64,000 nucleotides of DNA, taken from positions 34,824 through 98,823 of the forward strand of contig CAZLGP010000232.1 of the NCBI GenBank assembly GCA_964558905.1. Reading direction: 5' to 3'. Below the pieces are notes generated by a model. That model saw only the letters and a list, made by a program, of their open reading frames with translations, did no database searches and was not told the DNA's origin. Numbering within the stretch: position 1 is the first letter of the stretch; each line of letters begins with the position of its first letter. This document shows, in pieces, positions 16,698-25,548 of the stretch. Origin of the DNA: an uncultured Thermoanaerobaculia bacterium. GTDB taxonomy: Bacteria > Acidobacteriota > Thermoanaerobaculia > Gp7-AA8. A program made the position numbers and the translations under genes.

Positions 16698-17753
16698 TCA
16701 CTTCGCGCGCAAATACGGATCCGGCCACTTCACGTCCACGCCCAGCTCCCTGGCCGCGTGCAGCGGAAAGTACGGGTCGCGCAGCAACTGCCGCGCGAGC
16801 AGCACCGCGTCCGCCGAGCCGTCGCTGACGATCGCCTCGGCCTGGCGCGCATCCGTGATCAGTCCCACCGCGCCCGTCGCGATCCCGGCCCGCTCGCGGA
16901 TCGCGCGCGCGAACGGGACCTGATAGCCGGGGCCGAGCTCCACCTTCGCGTGCGCCACCGCGCCGCCGCTCGAGCAGTCGATCAGATCGACGCCGAGGGT
17001 GCGAAGGCGCGAGGAGAGTTCCACCGATTGATCGAGGTCCCATCCGCCGTCCGCCCAGTCGGAAGCGGAGATTCTCACGAACAGCGGCAGCTCCGCGGGC
17101 CACGCGTCGCGCACCTCCTGGGCCACGCGCAGCGTCAGACGCATCCGGTTCTCCAGCGAGCCGCCGTACTCGTCGTCGCGCGTGTTGCAGAGCGGCGAGA
17201 GGAACTCGTGCAGCAGATAGCCGTGCGCCGCGTGGATCTCGAGCACCCGGAATCCCGCGCGCAACGACAGCCGCGCGGCCCGGACGAACTGCTCGACGAT
17301 CCCGTCGATCTCTCCGGAGGTCAGCGCGTGCGGAACGGGATCGCCGTCGCGGAACGGAATCGCGCTCGGCGCGAGCGGCGTCCACGAGTCCGGCCCCTCG
17401 GCGATCACCCTTCCGCCGCGCCACGGCTTGTCCGTCGACGCCTTCCGTCCCGCGTGTGCGATCTGGATCCCGGCGACCGAGCCCTGCGCGTGGATGAAGT
17501 CGACGATCGGACGGAACGCATCGGCATGCGCCTCCGACCAGATCCCGCTGTCCCACGCCGTGATCCGACTCTCGGGAGAAATCCCGCTCGCCTCGACGAT
17601 CACCAGCCCCGCCCCGCCGACCGCGCGACTGCCAAGATGCACCAGGTGCCACTCGTTCGGCATCCCGTCGTCGCTCGAATACTGACACATCGGCGAGACG
17701 AAGATGCGATTGGGAAAGGTGACGGAGCGGAGCGTGAGGGGCTCGAACAGCAT
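16698..17753 (-). CDS. NADH:flavin oxidoreductase, Old Yellow Enzyme family (YqjM/NamA-like)
   Basis: Strings MLFEPLTLRSVTFPNRIFVSPMCQYS, EIHAAHGYLLHEFLSP, GLITDARQAEAIV. 351 aa. Confidence 0.9.
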   Translation of the reverse strand: MLFEPLTLRSVTFPNRIFVSPMCQYSSDDGMPNEWHLVHLGSRAVGGAGLVIVEASGISPESRITAWDSGIWSEAHADAFRPIVDFIHAQGSVAGIQIAHAGRKASTDKPWRGGRVIAEGPDSWTPLAPSAIPFRDGDPVPHALTSGEIDGIVEQFVRAARLSLRAGFRVLEIHAAHGYLLHEFLSPLCNTRDDEYGGSLENRMRLTLRVAQEVRDAWPAELPLFVRISASDWADGGWDLDQSVELSSRLRTLGVDLIDCSSGGAVAHAKVELGPGYQVPFARAIRERAGIATGAVGLITDARQAEAIVSDGSADAVLLARQLLRDPYFPLHAARELGVDVKWPDPYLRAK

Positions 17754-17859
17754 GGGGGCATCGTAGCGAAATCCGCGTGTGCCCGCCGCACGCGGGTGGG
17801 GCGTCAGGAGAGCTTGTGCTGCACGGCGCTGGCGGTTTCGGCTCGAGCTTCCCGACTAG

Positions 17860-17925
17860 CCCGCATTTCTCACAGCCTTTCGTCGCGAGACAGCCGTTTT
17901 TAGCCGTGACACGACACTATCGCTG
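17860..17925. repeat. Partial copy (left end) of the CTAG-flanked MITE seen complete at 47283-47459
   Basis: CTAG then CCCGCATTTCTCACAGCCTTTCGTCGCGAGACAGCC, identical apart from one base to the left TIR and adjacent sequence of the 47.3-kb element. Confidence 0.7.
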
Positions 17926-18801
17926 GGGCGGCAACCATGCCGGCAACATCCGTTCGCGTAGCCGACTCAGTCCCTCGACATCATGCTCGTCGGCTCGCAT
18001 TGGCACAACGACGATGTAGCCCTCGTCGTAGTGTGCCTGATCGCTGTCAGATTCAGGAGGGACGCTCGATGGAGTCACGCTGAGCCGCCAGGTGCTCGTG
18101 TTGCCGGTACTGTCCACCGCCGGCTCGAATGCCACCGCTACTCTCAGTCCGGCACGTCTCGACACTCGCACGCCACAGATCTCTGATGGCGCGACGCGAG
18201 GCATACTGACCGTGAGGTACTGCCCTTCTTCGAGGCTGCGTACAGGATGGCTCTGAGCCAAGCGGACGACCCAGCTCGTCGCAGCTTCGACTGAGCCCGG
18301 TATGTCATCATTGAGGCCCGATACCGCGATCGCTGGGTAGCCCAGGTATGCGGCCATACGAGCAGCGCCTATCGTTCCCGAACCGAGCCAGTCGTGGGCC
18401 AGGTTTGGTCCCCCGTTGATCCCGGATATCACCAGGTCCGGCGGGTCGTCTCGCATGATTCCGAAAAGGCCGACCAATATGGCGTCGGCTGGGTATCCGT
18501 CCACAGCGTAGGCGCGGACCCCGGATCCAAGATCGCGCTTCTCGACGCGGAGCTGACCCGCCGCCGTCACCGACAAGAAGTGAGTGCTCCCGCTCCGGTT
18601 TGCGATCGGTGCAACAACCCATGTTTCCGCGTGCGGGCTGAATGCCCTTGCCAGTGCGACGATCTTCTCATCGGACAGGCCGTTGTCATTGGTGATGAGA
18701 ACCCGTCGAGGCCAGCGGTCATGATGATCTCGAGCCGAAGCCGGCAGACAGAGCGGCCCGGGAAGCATGACGACAACGATCAAAGCCATGTACACGCGCA
18801 T
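17917..18801 (-). CDS. surE: 5'/3'-nucleotidase SurE with signal peptide
   Basis: Trimmed to MRVYMAL (ATG 18801, GGAG 6 nt upstream). Strings VLITNDNGL, VISGINGGPNLA, GSGTIGAARMAA. Confidence 0.85.
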   Translation of the reverse strand: MRVYMALIVVVMLPGPLCLPASARDHHDRWPRRVLITNDNGLSDEKIVALARAFSPHAETWVVAPIANRSGSTHFLSVTAAGQLRVEKRDLGSGVRAYAVDGYPADAILVGLFGIMRDDPPDLVISGINGGPNLAHDWLGSGTIGAARMAAYLGYPAIAVSGLNDDIPGSVEAATSWVVRLAQSHPVRSLEEGQYLTVSMPRVAPSEICGVRVSRRAGLRVAVAFEPAVDSTGNTSTWRLSVTPSSVPPESDSDQAHYDEGYIVVVPMRADEHDVEGLSRLRERMLPAWLPPQR

Positions 18802-18834
18802 CAGTGTCTCCAAGTTTGAAGGAGTACTAGAGGG

Positions 18835-18948
18835 CTAGGAGTCTGCGCAGCAGAAGAGGTGTCATCCTGAGCTGCGCAGACAGCGAAGGACCTTCCAGTA
18901 CGCAACGGAGAAGGTCCTTCGCCGTCTACGCGGCTCAGGATGACACGC
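18835..18948. repeat. REP/MITE-like palindrome (TGTCATCCTGAGC family)
   Basis: CTAGGAGTCTGCGCAGCAGAAGAG-GTGTCATCCTGAGCTGCGCAGACAGCGAAGGACCTTC ... GAAGGTCCTTCGCCGTCTACGCGGCTCAGGATGACAC. Confidence 0.85.
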
Positions 18949-19032
18949 TCCTCGAAAGCGGCTCCTGGTGGTGTCTCACAAATAGCGGTGTTGCTCCATA
19001 CCGTCCACGTGGCACTCGACTTCGACCCGTCG

Positions 19033-19524
19033 CTAAAATGGATTCTTCTCAGTGAACTCGTCCCAGGTGAGCGACGACGAATAGAAGTACTCGCGCCAGT
19101 TCGAGATCCGACCGTCCCGAACCCGGATGACGGTCACGCCGTGGACGCGCCCACCATACTCGAACGTGAACTCGCCCATCCCGACCTGCCGCTGCTCGTC
19201 AAACGCCATGTGATGCCAGGTCATCCGCATCTGCCCACGACGCCCCGCATCACCGCCGAAGAACTCGTAGAGCCGCTGGCGGCCGCGGTACTCCTGCTTG
19301 TCAGGCGGCTCGGTGTACACGGCGTCTTCCGTGAAGCAGTCGGCCGCTTTCCGCGCATCACCCTCGTTCCAGGCGGATGCGAGTCGCTCCAGCAGTGCCC
19401 GAAACTCCGCCGAAGCCAGCGGTGTCGATGCCGGCTCTTGTGGCGACGCGAGGCCAATTCCGGAACTTGACCAGAGTACGAGCAGGGTCGCCAGTGTCCA
19501 TAGGCGCGTCCGTTGTGTCGTCAT
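19033..19524 (-). CDS. SnoaL-like / NTF2-fold protein with signal peptide
   Basis: Signal MTTQRTRLWTLATLLVLWSSSG. Strings LERLASAWNEGDARKAADCFTEDAVY, VIRVRDGRISNWREYF. Confidence 0.7.
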   Translation of the reverse strand: MTTQRTRLWTLATLLVLWSSSGIGLASPQEPASTPLASAEFRALLERLASAWNEGDARKAADCFTEDAVYTEPPDKQEYRGRQRLYEFFGGDAGRRGQMRMTWHHMAFDEQRQVGMGEFTFEYGGRVHGVTVIRVRDGRISNWREYFYSSSLTWDEFTEKNPF

Positions 19525-20033
19525 GAGCTCACCTTTCTCGCGCGTAGGCCGACTATGGTACCTCCGCCACCGGCCGAGCAGGGAAGGTCGATGTTGAATC
19601 TTGCTCCGCGGACTTCTTCACTTTCGACGGCGATCGTTCCTCGCTGGATCTCCATTGAACGCGTTCAAGATTGTCCTTGACTCCCTTCGAACCTGAGCCT
19701 TTCTTGGAATTGAACGGGTTTAAAACAAAGACAACATGATCGCCTTCGGAAGCCACGTCGCCTACCTCCTCATCACCATCAGCATCACCATCAGCATCAC
19801 CATCTGGGTCGCCAGGACCCTCCACCGCAACGGCCGGGTCTTCCTGGTCGACTCGTTTCTGTAGTAGTCCATCGCCTGACGAGCCCAGCTCGTCGCGGCA
19901 ATAAGTATGGCGCAGCATGAATCTCCGTCAGCCCGTCTACTGCCTGACGAGACGAGAGCATCTGGTATGCTGAGCTTCCTCCCGCCGCGCCTGTTCGCAT
20001 CGCCATCAGGCACGCCCTGTATTTGGAGACGCT

Positions 20034-22631
20034 ATGAAAGATGTAGGGTACGCCATGAAAGACGGCCCGGTTGACGGAACGACCGGGCGAGCCAACGGTC
20101 GCCCGCATGGGCCCGATCCGCGCGGTCCTCGCGGTACCGCGGACGAGCGTGAACCGGGCTTGGGCCGTTGGCTGGGCAGGCGACGGGCGTCAGGGAAACG
20201 AACGCTCATTGCTGGATGGACGATCTGGCTCGCCTGGATGACCGTCCTTGCCAGCGGAAGCGCGCTCGCGGGGGAGTGCCCCAATGTGTTCTTTTATCCG
20301 CTCAGGAACGTCATCTATTCAGACTGCGAAGCTCGGTCCAGCGGGCAGCACTTTGTCTTCAGAATCGACAAGAGCGATTTCTTCTCGGGTGAGCTCGCCG
20401 CATCCGTTCTCGAGCCTTTTGAGCCTGCCGCGGGAGGGCCAATCCCGTATTTCACGCCCGTGTACTACGGGTTCTACGAGAGCACTACGGGCGATGCCTG
20501 CGCGCTGATCAGTTATCCGCTCAACGATGTCAGGGAAATAGTCGGGACATCGGGCCGCTACTATTGTCTCGTCGCCAGCGAATCGAATACCGCGGGAGGT
20601 CGCGAACAGCGGATCAGCGGGCAGTGGTTCATCGTCCCTGGGGCGGGAACCAATTGGGAAGGCATACGGATGACTGACTCGGCCATCCCCTGGTCCCTGA
20701 CCCTCGATTCCTCCGGCAGCGGGAGCGGCACCATTGGAGGCGCCGGCTCCTATGTCGTCGGCGAATCCATCAGCCTCACGGCGATCGCGGACAGCGGCAG
20801 CACCTTTACCGGCTGGAGTGGCGACGCCCCCTGTGCCGCCAGCTTCACGATGCCGGATGCAGACGTGAGCTGCACCGCGAACTTCACCCTCAATAGCCAC
20901 GCCGTTTCGACGAGCAGCGGAGGAACCGGCAGCGGCAGCACCGGTGGCGACGGGACGTACGTTTTCAATTCGACCGTCACGCTCACCGCCAGCCCGGCCA
21001 CCGGCAGCACCTTTACCGGTTGGAGCGGTCACCCGCTGTGTGCTCCCAGTTTCAGCATGCCCGACGAGGCGGTGAGCTGTACTGCAATCTTCACTCTGAA
21101 CAGCTACGCCATCACCACCACCGCGAGCCCGGCGGCGGGCGGCACGGTCGACTGCAGCCCGAACCCGGTGGATCATGGCAGTGAGAGCACCTGCACCCCC
21201 TCCGCGACCCTCGGCTACACCTTCGCCGGCTTCAGCGGCGACTGCAGCGGAACGACCTGCGTGTTGACGAATGTCACGGCCGACCGAAGCGTCACCGCGG
21301 ACTTCACCCTGAATAGCCACGCCGTTTCGACGAGCAGCGGAGGAACCGGTAGCGGCAGCACCGGTGGCGACGGGACCTACGACTTCGGTTCGACCGTCAC
21401 ACTCACCGCCAGCGCGGACACCGGCAGCACCTTTACCGGCTGGAGTGGCCACCCGCTCTGCGCCGCCAGCTTCAGCATGCCCGACGAGGCGGTGAGCTGT
21501 GTCGCAAGTTTTAGTGTGAACAGCTACGCCATCACCACCACCGCGAGCCCGGCCGCCGGCGGCACGGTCGATTGCAACCCGAACCCGGTGGATCATGGCA
21601 GTGAGAGCACCTGCACCGCCTCCGCGAACCTCGGCTACACCTTCGCCGGCTTCAGCGGCGACTGCAGCGGGACGACCTGCGTGTTGACGAATGTCACCGC
21701 GGACAGAAGCGTCAGCGCAGACTTCACCCTGAACAGTCATGCCGTTTCGACCAGCAGCGGAGGAACCGGCAGCGGCAGCACCGGTGGCGACGGGACCTAC
21801 GACTTCGGTTCGACCGTCACACTCACCGCCACCCCCGACATCGGCAGCACTTTCACCGAATGGAGCGGTCACCCGCTCTGTGCCGCCAGCTTCAGCATGC
21901 CCGACGAGGCGGTGAGCTGTGTCGCAATTTTTATTCTGAACAGCTACGCCATCACCACCACCGCGAGCCCGGCCGTCGGCGGCACGGTCGATTGCAGCCC
22001 GAACCCGGTGGAGCATGGCGGTGAGAGCACCTGCACGGCAACCGCCACACCGGGTGAAGGCTATGAGCTCGCAGGCTTCAGCGGTGACTGCTCGGGCCCG
22101 AATTGCAGCCTCGTGAGCATTACGTCGCCGCAGCATGTGACGGCACATTTTGATCCCGTGACCGAAATCGTTCTCGTCACTCGGGCCGGATCAGAAGCCT
22201 CGCTTTCGGTCAGTGGTCCGGGTTGCCGGATCGTCGAAGGGCAATTCGTTTCAGCCCCGAGTGGCGGACCGGCCAACGTGACGTTCCCATTCGGGTTGTT
22301 GGACTTCACGCTGAGAGGTTGTACCGGGGAAGCGGTGGTCACGGTGACCTATCCGACCGCGCTGCCTTCGGACGCCGGCTATTGGAAAGAAGCTGACGGT
22401 GTATTCAGTCCATACCCCGCCGACTTCAGCGGGAACAGTGTGACCTTCACTCTGGTGGACAACGGCTCGGGCGACAGCGACCCCACCGCCGGCACGATCC
22501 GGGATCCCAGTGGCGTCGGGTTTGTCTCCGCTTCGGCGATCACCTCGATCCCTCTGCTGTCTCCATGGAGCGCGCTCGCGTTGGCGCTCTTCATGGCCTT
22601 GATCGCCGGTTGGCGCATTGCCCACGCATAA
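20034..22631 (+). CDS. Large secreted repeat protein (InlB-B-repeat-like modules) with IPTL-CTERM-like C-terminal sorting signal; start uncertain
   Basis: Repeated modules ..GSTFTGWSG.P.CA.SF.MPD..VSC.A.F.LNS... Three near-identical ~420-nt DNA repeats (about 20886, 21306, 21726). C-terminus SIPLLSPWSALALALFMALIAGWRIAHA. Confidence 0.75.
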   Translation: MKDVGYAMKDGPVDGTTGRANGRPHGPDPRGPRGTADEREPGLGRWLGRRRASGKRTLIAGWTIWLAWMTVLASGSALAGECPNVFFYPLRNVIYSDCEARSSGQHFVFRIDKSDFFSGELAASVLEPFEPAAGGPIPYFTPVYYGFYESTTGDACALISYPLNDVREIVGTSGRYYCLVASESNTAGGREQRISGQWFIVPGAGTNWEGIRMTDSAIPWSLTLDSSGSGSGTIGGAGSYVVGESISLTAIADSGSTFTGWSGDAPCAASFTMPDADVSCTANFTLNSHAVSTSSGGTGSGSTGGDGTYVFNSTVTLTASPATGSTFTGWSGHPLCAPSFSMPDEAVSCTAIFTLNSYAITTTASPAAGGTVDCSPNPVDHGSESTCTPSATLGYTFAGFSGDCSGTTCVLTNVTADRSVTADFTLNSHAVSTSSGGTGSGSTGGDGTYDFGSTVTLTASADTGSTFTGWSGHPLCAASFSMPDEAVSCVASFSVNSYAITTTASPAAGGTVDCNPNPVDHGSESTCTASANLGYTFAGFSGDCSGTTCVLTNVTADRSVSADFTLNSHAVSTSSGGTGSGSTGGDGTYDFGSTVTLTATPDIGSTFTEWSGHPLCAASFSMPDEAVSCVAIFILNSYAITTTASPAVGGTVDCSPNPVEHGGESTCTATATPGEGYELAGFSGDCSGPNCSLVSITSPQHVTAHFDPVTEIVLVTRAGSEASLSVSGPGCRIVEGQFVSAPSGGPANVTFPFGLLDFTLRGCTGEAVVTVTYPTALPSDAGYWKEADGVFSPYPADFSGNSVTFTLVDNGSGDSDPTAGTIRDPSGVGFVSASAITSIPLLSPWSALALALFMALIAGWRIAHA

Positions 22632-22804
22632 GGGCCTAACCTAACCGGCGTTTCTCACAGCTTCGGCGAGACCTTCGACACCTCGGTCACGCGGCGTGTA
22701 TCGCTTCGAAGCTGTGAGGCGCTCCCGCTGCGCGTTCATAGCACGGAATGCAGTCAGCGTATCCTGCCGCGACGAAGAACGCTGGGAACTGTAGAAATCG
22801 CACG

Positions 22805-23121
22805 ATGCGCTACCGTATGCTGTCCGTCCTTCTGGTGGTCGCCTTGCCGCTCTCCGCGGCGACGTTCACCGTCACCAACACCAACGACAGCGGTGCGGGA
22901 TCGCTGCGTCAGGCGATCGACGACGCCAACAGCGCCGGCGTCGGCCCGCACAACATCGAGTTCAACAGGGTGCGACCCTCGGATCACCGGCCACCGCGGT
23001 CGTGACGATCATCGACAACGATGCCGCCACGCTCGCCGCGATTCCGACGGCCTCGGAGTGGGGACTGCTCCTGTTGTCGATGGTCCTCGCGTTCGCGGGC
23101 GCGATGGCGATGCGACGTTGA
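22805..23121 (+). pseudogene. Deletion remnant of an IPTL-CTERM surface protein (signal peptide + CSLREA-like start fused out of frame to last ~45 aa)
   Basis: [49 protein letters not shown] stops at 23005. In another frame [50 protein letters not shown] runs to TGA 23119-23121. Confidence 0.55.
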
Positions 23122-23248
23122 GGTCCCCGCGCGCTATTCGGCCAACACCCTCGAGATCGCGGCATGCAACGCCGGGAGGCTTCACGTAGGGAGCAGAATT
23201 TGGGGTATCCTTCCGCCCTGCCAAGTGTGACACCACTGGAGGCGCGCA

Positions 23249-23604
23249 ATGAAATACCTGCCCGTCCTACTGTTTTCCATCGCCGCCGTTGGCTGCGCTA
23301 GTTCGCCCGATGTGAACCGCGGGACGGTTGGCGGTGACGTTCGAGCCCCACGCGTGATCTATAAGGTCGATCCCGACTACCCGGCCGAGCTTCGCCGCGA
23401 GCGGGTTACCGGCGTGGTCAGGATCGCAGCAACCATCGATCGAGCCGGGCGACTCGTGGGCCGCGCGTGTTGCGGAGCTCCGACCCCAGGCTGGACAGTT
23501 CGGCTCTGGCCGCTGTCCGAAGGTGGAGGTTCAAGCCCGGTACGTTGGATGGCGAGCCTGTCGATGTGCTGTTCGAGGTGGACGTGAAGTTCTCGATTCC
23601 ATAG
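23249..23604 (+). pseudogene. TonB C-terminal-domain lipoprotein, frameshifted
   Basis: MKYLPVLLFSIAAVGC.. then PRVIYKVDPDYPAELRRERVTGVVRIAATIDRAGRLVG in frame 2. RVLRSSDPRLDSSALAAVRRWRFKPGTLDGEPVDVLFEVDVKFSIP continues in frame 1 to TAG 23602-23604. Indel near 23465. Confidence 0.65.
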
Positions 23605-24082
23605 CACGCGCGCGCACGAGATTTGTCCGCGGCTCATCGTCGCTCCTTTCTTCCGACGGCGCTCGAGAAATGCTTCCTAGCTCCACTCGGGTGATGTGCT
23701 GACGATCGAGCGCGATCTGAGTCTCCCCTCCCACGAAAGCGATTGCCGGCCAGTCGAGCTCCACCGGTCCGTCGTAGTACAGCGGTTCGAGGCGCGCTTC
23801 TACCTCCGCGAGGGCGACAATCGGCTGCTCGAACGGCTGGTGTGAGCGTGCCCGAAAAGACCCCAATCCCCGTTCGACAGAGGCAATGGCCTCTTCCTTC
23901 TCCATCGTGTCGCCGCCGACCATGTGCTCCTTCAGATACGCGACGATGGACTGGCACGCTCGGGCAGGACCGAGGCCCCACGCATCGGCGACAGCGGCAT
24001 GATTGGCCCGAACGATGCGATCGAAGACGGGCACGTTCGCAGTCCCTTTCTGGCTCTCAGTCGTCGATTGGCTCGACACCAA
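23531..24082 (-). CDS. Hypothetical protein downstream of arr (boundaries doubtful)
   Basis: 183-aa ORF with no recognisable motif. Its 5' end overlaps the arr stop by 26 nt and its 3' end overlaps the TonB-C pseudogene. The C-terminal third looks non-protein-like (RPPRTAHRQARHPTYRA). Confidence 0.3.
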   Translation of the reverse strand: MVSSQSTTESQKGTANVPVFDRIVRANHAAVADAWGLGPARACQSIVAYLKEHMVGGDTMEKEEAIASVERGLGSFRARSHQPFEQPIVALAEVEARLEPLYYDGPVELDWPAIAFVGGETQIALDRQHITRVELGSISRAPSEERSDDEPRTNLVRARAMESRTSRPPRTAHRQARHPTYRA

Positions 24083-24779
24083 GTCGGACGAGTCGCTCGA
24101 GGCCGTCCTTCATGGCTTTGAGCATCTCAGGCGAGTGTCCCTGCCAATCCGTGAGCTCGCCCGTGACCCGCAGCGGTTCTCGGGAGCGGTACGACTTCGT
24201 CGGATTCCCGCGGAACTTCTTGTCCGTCAGATTGGGGTCATCTTCGATCGGGCCGGTCGGTTCCACGGTGTAGATCCTGGCGGGACCTTCGCCGGCGGCC
24301 AACTCCGCTCCCCACGTGGCTGCATCCAGGGTGCGGGTCAGGTAGACGTAGGTCGTCGTCCTGTCCTGATTCCCGAAGTTCGGGGCATGGCCCGGCTTGA
24401 TCAGGTCTCCCGGCGCGAGGTCCGCCCGAGTGCCATGGTAGAAACGCCACTCCGTGACCTCGCCCGTGACCCGCAGCGGCTGCCGCGAGCGATAGGACAT
24501 CGTCGGATTCCGCGGAGAGTTGTCGTCCGTCAGGTCGGGGTCTCGTTCAATCGCGCCGGTCGGCGCCACGATGTAGACCCTGCCTGGGCCTTCGCCGACC
24601 GCCAGCTCTGCCGCCCAGATGGCCGCATCCGGATTAGGGGTCAGGTAGACGTAGGTCGTCAGCGAGTCCCGCTCAGCGCCGTCAGGGCGAGGGCCGGGCT
24701 CGATCAGCTCTCCCGGCTTCAGGTCGGCCCGTGTGCCATGGTAGAGCCGCTGTGACTTCAGGTCGTCTGTGGCCGCCAT
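24057..24779 (-). CDS. arr: Rifampin ADP-ribosyltransferase (Arr) family protein with tandemly duplicated catalytic domain
   Basis: Two consecutive Arr cores. Copy 1: YHGTRADLKPGELIEPG..TYVYLTPNPDAAIWAAELAVGEGPGRVYIVAPTGAIERDPDLTD..PRNPTMSYRSRQPLRVTGEVTEW. Copy 2: YHGTRADLAPGDLIKPG..TYVYLTRTLDAATWGAELAAGEGPARIYTVEPTGPIEDDPNLTDKKFRGNPTKSYRSREPLRVTGELTDWQGHSPE... Confidence 0.85.
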   Translation of the reverse strand: MAATDDLKSQRLYHGTRADLKPGELIEPGPRPDGAERDSLTTYVYLTPNPDAAIWAAELAVGEGPGRVYIVAPTGAIERDPDLTDDNSPRNPTMSYRSRQPLRVTGEVTEWRFYHGTRADLAPGDLIKPGHAPNFGNQDRTTTYVYLTRTLDAATWGAELAAGEGPARIYTVEPTGPIEDDPNLTDKKFRGNPTKSYRSREPLRVTGELTDWQGHSPEMLKAMKDGLERLVRLGVEPIDD

Positions 24780-24998
24780 CGGCTCGTCCTTTCATGCTGC
24801 GTGGCTTCCCTGCGGTGCGAGAGCGTCGGTCCTGGATGGGACGCGCGCCGCACGCACAACGACTTTCCGAGTCAGACCATCTGGTCAGCCGAACGAAGGA
24901 GGCCGCGCCTTAGTAAAGCCCCCACGCTCAGCCGTGAGAGCCGCACGGGAGAACGACGGCGCGGGCTGCGTCGGCTGCAAGCGCTTGTTGGACGGCGG

Positions 24999-25256
24999 TC
25001 ATGACGACATGATCCGGTCGTACTCAGCGTGAGTGCCGATCCAGCCCCAGAGAATCCCACCTTCCACATCTCTGCCGAGGGCGCGATAGTGGAGGCCGAT
25101 ACGAACGACCCAGTAGCCGCGGGCTTTCTTCAGCCGGAGAGAGGGATGGCGCGAATCTCTCTTGAGGAGGTCGTAGTTCGCTCGCGCGAGCCGTTGGATT
25201 TCGGTGGGGAGTTGATCGAACAACTCCCAGAAATCCGGACTCGTCAGGTGCTTCAA
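24999..25256 (-). CDS. RelE/ParE-family type II toxin
   Basis: Probable TTG start at 25256 overlapping the antitoxin stop (TTGA). Sequence LKHLTSPDFWELFDQLPTEIQRLARANYDLLKRDSRHPSLRLKKARGYWVVRIGLHYRALGRDVEGGILWGWIGTHAEYDRI. Confidence 0.7.
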   Translation of the reverse strand: MKHLTSPDFWELFDQLPTEIQRLARANYDLLKRDSRHPSLRLKKARGYWVVRIGLHYRALGRDVEGGILWGWIGTHAEYDRIMSS

Positions 25257-25465
25257 ATCGCGCGGCTCTTCCCTGCCTGGTGATCGGCAATCGATTTCTT
25301 GAAGAGTTTGTCCAGCTTGCCTGAGGCGGCGTCTCGCTCGATCTGGCGATCCCATTCTTCAGCGTCGAGCTCGAGCAGCCAGTCTCGCAATCTGGAGAAT
25401 TCTTCGGGCGAGAGCTTCTTGATCTCAGTTTCGATTTGTTCGAGCTTGGTCATCCTCTGCTCCAA
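25253..25465 (-). CDS. Putative antitoxin (addiction-module component)
   Basis: 70 aa, acidic, coiled. Sequence MTKLEQIETEIKKLSPEEFSRLRDWLLELDAEEWDRQIERDAASGKLDKLF. Directly upstream of and overlapping the toxin. Confidence 0.65.
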   Translation of the reverse strand: MEQRMTKLEQIETEIKKLSPEEFSRLRDWLLELDAEEWDRQIERDAASGKLDKLFKKSIADHQAGKSRAI

Positions 25466-25548
25466 CGGTCTACCGGAAAGGTCAATTGCGCCCGCCTGAC
25501 GCTCAGCCGCGGCAACCGTACACGATAGAGTAGCAGCCTACGAGAACG

